From: Desulfomonile tiedjei
Lineage (GTDB): Bacteria > Desulfobacterota > Desulfomonilia > Desulfomonilales > Desulfomonilaceae
Direction: 5' to 3'
NCBI GenBank assembly: GCA_016212925.1
Contig: JACRDF010000043.1
Location: 13,726 to 77,725, forward strand
DNA: 64,000 bases
The notes under the pieces were generated by a model. That model made no database searches and was not told the origin of the DNA. It saw only the letters and a list, made by a program, of their open reading frames with translations. Below, piece by piece: positions 56,994 to 64,000 of this stretch. Each line of letters opens with the position of its first letter. Positions within the stretch are counted from its first letter, which is position 1. Position numbers and translations under genes: made by a program.

Positions 56994-59089
56994 GCCGACT
57001 CCCGGATTGCCTGGGCCTGAATGGCAGTAATTGCGACGGTGTTGACAATGTCCGTCACGGTGCAGCCGCGACTCAGGTCGTTCACCGGCTTATTAAGTCC
57101 CTGTAGCACAGGTCCTACTGCAACCGCGTTGGCCGAGCGCTGGACCGCCTTGTACGTCGTGTTGCCAGTATTCAGGTCCGGAAAAATGAACACGGTCGCG
57201 TGGCCGGCCACTTCGCTTCCCGGCATCTTGGTCCGGGCCACCCCGATGTCGACGGCCGCGTCGTACTGGATCGGCCCTTCGATTTTGATGTCCGGGCGGA
57301 GCCTCGTCGCAAGCATAGTGGCCTTTCTCACCTTGTCTACCTCTTCACCTTTTCCGGATTCTCCAGTGGAATAGGAGAGCATCGCCACATACGGTTCGAT
57401 CCCGAACGTTTTAGCTGTCTCCGCGGAACTCACCGCAATGTCTGCCAGTTGCTCCGCGCTCGGATCGGGATTGACAGCACAATCGCCGAAGACGAGTACC
57501 CGATCCGCGAGGCACATGAAGAAGACACTTGAAACGATGGAGAAATCCGGTTTGGTCCGAATGATCTCGAAAGCCGGCCGAAGCGTTTGGGAGGTTGTGT
57601 GAGTGGCGCCGGAGACCATTCCGGCCGCATGCCCGTGATACACCATCAGCGTTCCGAAATAGCTGCTGTCCGCCACTGTGTCGAATGCCATTTCCCGCGA
57701 CACGCCTTTGTGCTTTCGCAGTTCGTAATAAGTGCGCGCGTAGAGTCCGCGCAACCGAGATTCCAGCGGATCGATGATATTGATGCCTTCCACTTCCATT
57801 CCGAGCGAACTGGCTTTCTTTCTGATTTTTTCCGGATTTCCCAGCAGAGTAATGTGGACCACATCGCGCAGGAGCAGGATTTCAGCGGCCCGCAGAATGC
57901 GCTCGTCGGTTCCTTCCGCCAACACAATGTGCTGGCGTTGCGCCCTGGCACGTTGAATGAGTTCGTATTCAAACATCAGCGGAGTGACGCGTCGGGAACG
58001 CGTTACAGCAAGGCGTCGTTGAAGTTCATCGAATTGCACGCTCGCCTCCACAGCTCCAAGAGCGGCTGCGATCTTTCGACTGTCTTCCGGCACCAGACTG
58101 CCTTTCACTGCACTTACGTTGGTCGCTGTCGTGTAAGTGTCGGTTTCTACCGATAATATGGGAACAGAGGACCCAGCCAGTCCCTGGATCAGGCGCTGGA
58201 CCTGCGGCGCGGGCTTGAAACCGCCAGTCAGGAGCAGCCCGGCAATATGGGGGTACGAGGCGGAGGCGTCCGCGGCCAGACTCCCCAGAATAATGTCCGA
58301 TCGGTCTCCCGGCGTGATGATAAGGTTCCCTTCTTCAATACGCTCCAGGAAATGAGGAAGTTCCATGGCCGCAACCTTGGACTGGGTGACCATGCGATTC
58401 AGGCTTTCAGGCTCGCCCAGAAGGCGCTCGGCCTGTAAGGCTTGAGCGATCTCGGCGACCGTGGGCTTCGCCAGTATTCCATGTTCGGGAATCGCATAGA
58501 ACAGGATGTCTTTGGGAATCGCACGTCGGACTTCCGAAACAATCTCCGTTGCCTGTGCAGGCTGTACGCGGTTGGCAACGATAGCCAAGGCATCGCATCG
58601 CCCGTGTTCAAGCGATTCGAGCACAATCCTCACTGCATCGATGATCTGCCGGGTGGTCTTGTCTCGCCCGCTCACAATGGGGATCATGGGACAACCAAGG
58701 TTGTAAGCCATCTCCACATTGAAACCGAAATCGAACGGTGGGGCCACGCCCGTGAAGTCCGTTCCCAAACTTACGACCACGTCGCAGTGTTGTTCCAGGG
58801 CCTTGTACTTGTCCAGGATCAACGTGAAGACCGTATCGTGACGGTCGCTGCCGCCCAATTCCAAGGCTTCGGCGTACGTGCAACCGTACATCGCGATATA
58901 AGGAAACCTGGAACCGTAACGAGTCACAATCATGTGAATAAACCGGTCCGGTTGTTCATCGGGCCAGATTACGGGCCTGAAAAACCCCACAATGCGCCCT
59001 TGGCTCCAGAGCCATTCCATGAGGCCGAGCAAAAGGACCGATTTGCCGCTCAGCGCTTCTGCACCTGTTATGTAAATGCATTGTGCCAT
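56990..59089 (-). CDS. pta: Phosphate acetyltransferase (long form with N-terminal DRTGG/P-loop domain)
   Basis: 699 aa. N-terminus MAQCIYITGAEALSGKS. The C-terminal Pta core reads VLAEGTDERILRAAEIL...GNTTYKAVQ. A 4 nt overlap with ackA gives the pta-ackA operon. Confidence 0.9.
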   Translation of the reverse strand: MAQCIYITGAEALSGKSVLLLGLMEWLWSQGRIVGFFRPVIWPDEQPDRFIHMIVTRYGSRFPYIAMYGCTYAEALELGGSDRHDTVFTLILDKYKALEQHCDVVVSLGTDFTGVAPPFDFGFNVEMAYNLGCPMIPIVSGRDKTTRQIIDAVRIVLESLEHGRCDALAIVANRVQPAQATEIVSEVRRAIPKDILFYAIPEHGILAKPTVAEIAQALQAERLLGEPESLNRMVTQSKVAAMELPHFLERIEEGNLIITPGDRSDIILGSLAADASASYPHIAGLLLTGGFKPAPQVQRLIQGLAGSSVPILSVETDTYTTATNVSAVKGSLVPEDSRKIAAALGAVEASVQFDELQRRLAVTRSRRVTPLMFEYELIQRARAQRQHIVLAEGTDERILRAAEILLLRDVVHITLLGNPEKIRKKASSLGMEVEGINIIDPLESRLRGLYARTYYELRKHKGVSREMAFDTVADSSYFGTLMVYHGHAAGMVSGATHTTSQTLRPAFEIIRTKPDFSIVSSVFFMCLADRVLVFGDCAVNPDPSAEQLADIAVSSAETAKTFGIEPYVAMLSYSTGESGKGEEVDKVRKATMLATRLRPDIKIEGPIQYDAAVDIGVARTKMPGSEVAGHATVFIFPDLNTGNTTYKAVQRSANAVAVGPVLQGLNKPVNDLSRGCTVTDIVNTVAITAIQAQAIRESA

Positions 59090-59242
59090 TTGTAACCCTC
59101 ACGCCCAGCTTTTTGAGACATGTCTTTCGCAAGTTGATATGCGATATTGGCAAGTTGCAAAGTTCTATGATATAATGAATTAGATTTTACTCATTGTGAT
59201 GCAAAGTTACAAGTTAAAATCATATTAGTTCACTCCGGAACC

Positions 59243-60295
59243 ATGCCTTTGACCATGAATTCCAAAAAGCCTCGGCAGAGTTTACATCATTCTGAATGTA
59301 ATCATCTCTCCCGCCGCGACTTCTTGTCCATGAGCGCGGGGTTGATTGCAAGCCTCCCTTCCATGACCGACGAATTGACCTCGCTGTTGGAGAATTCCGC
59401 GGACCACGTCGCGCCGACCAGGGGTGAAACTCGCGGGCCTGCACGTTCCTTCCGTTTAAAAAGTAAGAGGCCTTCTCAAACCCAGCAGGAAGGAGGGCGT
59501 CTGTTCCTGACTTTTGACGACGGCCCTTTGCCCTGCACCGGCCGCATACTCGACCAGTTGGCGGCAAGTGGACAGACGGCCACATTTTTTGTCCTGGGAA
59601 GGAACCTGTCAAATCCGTCGCTACGCCAATTCGCTGTGAGGGCACTGAAAGAAGGCCACGACATAGGCAATCATTCGTTCAGTCATCCCTATTTTTCCGC
59701 GATCTCAATGAATCGGGCCAAGCAGGAAATTGTTTCGACCTACAGGCTTATTGATGAATTGGTCCTGGAGGCGGAGGTAGATCCGAATCGGCAGAACCGG
59801 TTTTTCCGCTTTCCGTACGGGGTGGCCGGATCGCGGTCCAATTACCTCGCATCTCAAGATGTCCTTGGCGAACTGAACTACAAGATAGCCTGGTGGGACC
59901 TGGACACCAATGATTGGCGCATGGAGTTGCCGTGGTTTCCGACGCGGCCCTCTTCCGTGGTAGCAAGTCTCAATAGGGCCAGGCCCGGAGATGTGGTATT
60001 GCTGCACGACCGGGTGAAGACTTCAGAATGCCTGCCTGCCATCCTGAAGTCCCTTGAATGGTGTAAGCTGGCTTCACTTCCCCTCTCCAGTTATGATTCC
60101 GGCACTGTAGCACCGTCTGAAAAGGCTGTGCCGGACGAGAATATCCTTTCATCGAAATCCACGAACAATCTCGACGCTGACGCCCTGGCCGAAGAGCTTT
60201 CCCAGGCCCTTTTCCCTCAAGGTCACCCTGCCGATATAGTGGTGGATTCCGCTGTCGTGGCCCCACGTGTTTCCCGCGGGTCGAACCTCTGGTAA
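59243..60295 (+). CDS. Tat-exported polysaccharide deacetylase (NodB-homology) family protein
   Basis: Tat motif SRRDFLSMSAGLIASLP. The NodB domain has LTFDDGP...GHDIGNHSFSHP...LLHD. Confidence 0.7.
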   Translation: MPLTMNSKKPRQSLHHSECNHLSRRDFLSMSAGLIASLPSMTDELTSLLENSADHVAPTRGETRGPARSFRLKSKRPSQTQQEGGRLFLTFDDGPLPCTGRILDQLAASGQTATFFVLGRNLSNPSLRQFAVRALKEGHDIGNHSFSHPYFSAISMNRAKQEIVSTYRLIDELVLEAEVDPNRQNRFFRFPYGVAGSRSNYLASQDVLGELNYKIAWWDLDTNDWRMELPWFPTRPSSVVASLNRARPGDVVLLHDRVKTSECLPAILKSLEWCKLASLPLSSYDSGTVAPSEKAVPDENILSSKSTNNLDADALAEELSQALFPQGHPADIVVDSAVVAPRVSRGSNLW

Positions 60296-60366
60296 ATCAA
60301 ACGTAAAACAACAAAGAGATCTTCACACAAATGTCGTTGACTTGAAAGATTGGCCCTAAGCTGCTG

Positions 60367-60386
60367 TTGTGGGGCACCCATTAAAA
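60367..60386. repeat. Second copy of the exact 20-mer ttgtggggcacccattaaaa
   Basis: Identical to 33675-33694. Confidence 0.4.
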
Positions 60387-60479
60387 CATTCTTCCCAGCC
60401 GAAGGCCGGAATGATTACGATTGGCCCATTTTCTTTCTTGACTTAATTTTAGGGGGCGTTTATCATAGCGACGCTAGCC

Positions 60480-61130
60480 TTGCAATCGCCCGGCGGAACG
60501 ACCGTATCCTCCTTGGTTGGAGCCATACCCTTTGTCACATCCGTCGGGCTTCTTTTTTTGGGGAATGCCCTTTCGGAGAAACGGGCAACTCCAAAGGTCC
60601 TCGCGTGGGGCATGTCCATTCTGAACCACATCCAAGCTATTGTTCTCCTACCAATGCTGGCGATCGTGGTTGTCCCGGGGATCATTCTTTTCAGGACACG
60701 GGCGTGGACAAGCGCCTGGCAATCTTCTTTCACATTGAGCTTCATATTGCCTTTCATTGGGCTTGTTTTGATCGGGTTGGGCCTGATCCTTATGGTCAAG
60801 ACTATTACCCTGTTTGCCCAGGTCGGCAAGGGCACACTTGCGCCATGGGCCCCGCCTGACAAACTTGTTGTGCGAGGAATCTATCGGCACGTGCGCAATC
60901 CGATGATAACCGGTGTTTTCTCCGTTCTTATCGGCGAGGCCTTGACAGTCGGTTCAATACCGCTTTTCGGCTGGTTCCTTGTTTTCGTGTTGATCAACGT
61001 GGTTTACATTCCCGTTTTTGAGGAGCCCGGTCTGGAGAGCCGTTTCGGCCGGGACTATGCTCGCTACAAAGAAAACGTCCGTCGTTGGATCCCAAGGCTT
61101 GAGCCGTGGCAAGAGCAAAACGACCGGTAG
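60480..61130 (+). CDS. Membrane methyltransferase of the isoprenylcysteine carboxyl methyltransferase (ICMT)/PEMT-like family
   Basis: Four to five TM helices and the C-terminal motif VVRGIYRHVRNPMITGVF...EEPGLESRFGRDYARY, typical of ICMT/PEMT. Confidence 0.65.
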   Translation: MQSPGGTTVSSLVGAIPFVTSVGLLFLGNALSEKRATPKVLAWGMSILNHIQAIVLLPMLAIVVVPGIILFRTRAWTSAWQSSFTLSFILPFIGLVLIGLGLILMVKTITLFAQVGKGTLAPWAPPDKLVVRGIYRHVRNPMITGVFSVLIGEALTVGSIPLFGWFLVFVLINVVYIPVFEEPGLESRFGRDYARYKENVRRWIPRLEPWQEQNDR

Positions 61131-61237
61131 ATATTCCTTTAGACGGGTGATATGTGGCGGACGCCTGTATCCCGTTGATTCCTGCATCCTTATCTGGTCT
61201 AATGCGTGATCGCACAATGAATTTCATGGAAACGTAA

Positions 61238-61906
61238 ATGAACGACGAGAAAAGCGCCTTTTCCGGCCCGGGAGCAGGCGGCGCGACCGGCTTCCCTCCG
61301 GTGGAACCCGGGAGTGACTTAAGCAGGAAGCTCGTGACCGGTGGCCCCACTCCTCCGGAAGATGGTGGTCGGGCGAGTCTGGTGCTGTTTCTCGGCCTGC
61401 TCTCTCTTTTTATGTGCGGGCCACTCGGGATCATTGCCTGGATCATGGCCAATGCTGATCTCAAGAAGATTAGAGCGGGAGCGCTGTCTCCGCGTCAAGC
61501 GGGGACACTGAAGATCGGACGCGCCCTGGGTATCATAGGGACCATAGTGTTCGTCATCTCCATCTTCGTTTTTGCGCACCTTCTCCAGCGGGGAATAACG
61601 GGCCTTGGGGGCTGGACCGAGACCTCTCCTCTCCTGCCCAACCAGATCGTCTTTGTGGGAGAATGGGTAGGTAAAAAAGGCACCGTTATCAGGATTCGAC
61701 CGGACGGCAAAGGTGATTTCCGATCCAGCCACTCCTCCATGACAGGCGGCCAAGTTCGCATTGATAAGGACGATCTTTCCATAGGGTTAATGGGAATCTC
61801 GAAGAGTTGGCATATAGACGCGCCGCCTCATCTCACAAACGGAAGCTGGGAGATGAGTCTGGATGGGGAAATCTTCATTCGGAAGGGCGAGGACCTGACG
61901 GTGTGA
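61238..61906 (+). CDS. DUF4190-like membrane protein with a C-terminal soluble domain
   Basis: A Pro/Gly-rich N-terminus, then two TM helices (SLVLFLGLLSLFMCGPLGIIAWIMANADL...IIGTIVFVISIFVFA) typical of DUF4190. Confidence 0.5.
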   Translation: MNDEKSAFSGPGAGGATGFPPVEPGSDLSRKLVTGGPTPPEDGGRASLVLFLGLLSLFMCGPLGIIAWIMANADLKKIRAGALSPRQAGTLKIGRALGIIGTIVFVISIFVFAHLLQRGITGLGGWTETSPLLPNQIVFVGEWVGKKGTVIRIRPDGKGDFRSSHSSMTGGQVRIDKDDLSIGLMGISKSWHIDAPPHLTNGSWEMSLDGEIFIRKGEDLTV

Positions 61907-61922
61907 TAAGGCTTATATCGAG

Positions 61923-62160
61923 TGGCAAATTTTTTTCCGATTGGCAACCACTCCATTCCGTCATTCCTGCGGAGGTAGGGATCGTAGGGCCGGCGTCCCT
62001 GCCGGCCAAAATGGGCACCGGCACGGAGGCCGGCCCCTACAAGGTTCCCGCCTTCGCGGGAACGACGGGCGTTATAACGCTCTTGAAAAGTAGGCCCTGT
62101 AGATACGATCTGAAGACCAGATTGATTATCTTCCGGCCAAATGGACATTACTTTTGGCAA
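61923..62160. mobile_element. MITE-like element, copy 3 (238 bp)
   Basis: TIRs tggcaaatttttttccgattggcaa / ccggccaaatggacattacttttggcaa. The ~100 nt 3' module is about 93% identical to copy 2. Confidence 0.55.
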
Positions 62161-62233
62161 CCGCTATAGACTGTGAAGATTGAAATTGTCGAGGGAGACT
62201 TCTTTGAATTGAGAAGCTTCCCCCGCAACTTTG

Positions 62234-63706
62234 CTATTTTTCTATCAACCTCCGGAAATGGTACCCGAAGATCGCGCTGGAGACCGCCTCCCCGAAGGAA
62301 TTGCGATGGAAGAGGAAAGCTTTAATTAGGAGTTTCCAGTAGTAGAACTTGCTCTTACCCTTGTCAAGGATCCCCAAGTACAGAATGGAAGTAACAAAGG
62401 CTCTAAGGTCCATCATTCGTACGCGTCTTCGGCGGGTCGGTTTGTAATCCTTCAGAAATTCCAGTACGCGATCGCAGTATTCTTTCGGCGAATAGATATA
62501 ATTTAGAACTGCGGTATAGCCGTCTTTGAGCTTCTGAGCGTCCATCTTAGGCACAAAGTTGAGCGATCCATCACAGTTATCACCGGTGCAATTGTCCAGC
62601 AGGCGTCCTTCGTCTTTAAGTCTCTGGTACAAGCGCGTCCCGGGGATGGCGTTCAGCAGCCCTATCATAGCCTTCACCACGCCGCTGTTTTGAATAAAAT
62701 TTGCCTGGCGCTCGAAGATGTTCGGCGGGTCATTGTCAAAGCCGATGATAAAGCCGCCCATGACCTCCATGCCGTTTCTCTGTATCGTCTTCACAGCTTC
62801 AACAAGGTCCATGGAGCGGTTCTGGTGTTTCCCGCACTCCACGAGGCATTCCTCTGCCGGGGTTTCCAGCCCCAGAAAGACCGAGTCGAACCCTGCCGAG
62901 GTCATCAAGGTCATCAACTCCTGGTCCTGTGCAAGGTTGACGGAGGCCTCCGTATAAAGGCTGAAAGGAAAACGCTTAGCCTCTTGCCATGGAAGCAGGT
63001 CCCTGAGAAAGGACTTAACCTTTACTCGATTCCCTATAAAGTTGTCGTCAACGATGAAACATCGTCCACGCCACCCTAAGTCGTACAAAAGCTCCAATTC
63101 TTGGAGCATCTGATCGTTGGATTTAACCCGCGGCCGGCGCCCGTTCAGGTTGACGATGTCGCAAAACTCACAGTCATAGGGACATCCTCTCGAATACTGA
63201 ACTGACATGGACGCATAATACTTCATCTTGATCAGGTCCCATCTCGGGAGGGGAGTTTGCGTGATGTCGGGCTTTTCCTCGGTGTTGTACACCCGTTGAG
63301 GATTTCCCGCTGCCAGGTCTTTCAAAAAGGGCTTAAGGGTGATTTCAGCCTCGTTCAGGACAAAATGATCAATCTCTGGAAATGCCTCCCAGGAGCTGGT
63401 GAAGAGGGGGCCGCCGGCAACAATTTTTTTGCCGAGCCCGTGAACTCGCTCCACAACTTCCTGTACCGACTCTTTCTGAACTACCATAGCCCCCATAAAG
63501 ACCATGTCGGCCCATCGGATAGCATCATCGGTGAGAGTTTCGACGTTCATGTCCACGAGTTGCAGGTCCCAGTCTTTCGGCATCATGGCACCGACGGTAA
63601 TCAGCCCGAGCGGAACATGCGCTGCCCGTTTACGGATGAACTTCATTATGTGCTTGAAGCTCCAGAAAGTATCGGGTATCGACGGGTAGACCAGCAGTGC
63701 CTTCAA
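62234..63706 (-). CDS. B12-binding-domain radical SAM protein (class B, DUF4070-type C-terminus)
   Basis: An N-terminal cobalamin-binding Rossmann-like region is followed by the radical SAM CxxxCxxC motif (YSRGCPYDCEFCDI). At 490 aa the length fits. Confidence 0.8.
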   Translation of the reverse strand: MKALLVYPSIPDTFWSFKHIMKFIRKRAAHVPLGLITVGAMMPKDWDLQLVDMNVETLTDDAIRWADMVFMGAMVVQKESVQEVVERVHGLGKKIVAGGPLFTSSWEAFPEIDHFVLNEAEITLKPFLKDLAAGNPQRVYNTEEKPDITQTPLPRWDLIKMKYYASMSVQYSRGCPYDCEFCDIVNLNGRRPRVKSNDQMLQELELLYDLGWRGRCFIVDDNFIGNRVKVKSFLRDLLPWQEAKRFPFSLYTEASVNLAQDQELMTLMTSAGFDSVFLGLETPAEECLVECGKHQNRSMDLVEAVKTIQRNGMEVMGGFIIGFDNDPPNIFERQANFIQNSGVVKAMIGLLNAIPGTRLYQRLKDEGRLLDNCTGDNCDGSLNFVPKMDAQKLKDGYTAVLNYIYSPKEYCDRVLEFLKDYKPTRRRRVRMMDLRAFVTSILYLGILDKGKSKFYYWKLLIKAFLFHRNSFGEAVSSAIFGYHFRRLIEK

Positions 63707-63846
63707 GATGTAACTCCTTATTTTCGTCTCAAGCTCTTTGCATAACTATTCATGGTAGTCAATCCCCGAGTTCCGGTCAAGGGGTTCCGAATTCGCTTGG
63801 TTGTTATTGGGCTCTCAATCCGGCTTTGGTTCCCTTCCGAGGAGAC

Positions 63847-64000
63847 CTATCTTACGGCCGGGCCTGTCGCCGGACCCGACGCCGGCTTGGAACGAGGGTT
63901 CGGCGAATCAAGGTACTTCAACAAATCGGAATCAGGACGCAGCAAGATAGTTGTTTCCGTTCCGAACACCTTCTGATAGATCTCCAGATGGCGTGTGAAA
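63847..64000 (-). CDS. 3' end of a minus-strand gene extending beyond the window end (hypothetical)
   Basis: Manual translation of the minus strand gives ...FTRHLEIYQKVFGTETTILLRPDSDLLKYLDSPNPRSKPASGPATGPAVR followed by a stop (the complement of cta at 63847-63849). It is open to the window edge. Confidence 0.3.
   Translation of the reverse strand, partial: FTRHLEIYQKVFGTETTILLRPDSDLLKYLDSPNPRSKPASGPATGPAVR

Noticed and set aside
1-64000. CRISPR arrays, rRNA, tRNA genes
   Set aside because: I found no regularly spaced direct repeats with unique spacers. No tRNA-like T-loop or acceptor motifs (GTTCGAATC / GGTTCAAATCC contexts) turned up in the intergenic regions on manual scanning. A systematic tRNAscan is still advisable.

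Overview
This 64 kb window looks like part of a GC-rich (~55-58%) chromosome of an anaerobic Desulfobacterota/deltaproteobacterium-like organism. The backbone is housekeeping genes: the rpmH-rnpA-yidD-yidC-jag-mnmE cluster, glyQS, rsmA, hemL plus a siroheme-decarboxylase-like gene, carB and ackA-pta. There is also anaerobic energy metabolism: a Tat-exported periplasmic [NiFe] hydrogenase and an HdrDE/DsrMK-like membrane redox pair. Further features are a Liv-type ABC transporter, a flotillin/NfeD pair and a MATE exporter. Accessory content sits between these blocks:
- three toxin-antitoxin-like modules: a RelE/ParE toxin with an unusual C-terminal extension, a DUF433/DUF5615 pair, and a HEPN/MNT pair beside tandem HIT genes;
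- a low-GC islet carrying a cytoplasmic trypsin-like protease;
- a PadR-controlled four-gene redox/lipid-binding operon: a Tat FAD oxidoreductase, a membrane-anchored iron-sulfur-flavoprotein::SCP2 fusion and an Fe-S protein;
- a dense set of small non-coding dispersed repeats, including a MITE-like element with ~27 bp terminal inverted repeats present in three copies.
I saw no rRNA, convincing tRNA or CRISPR array. rpmH is real but missing from the ORF track because it is under 60 aa.
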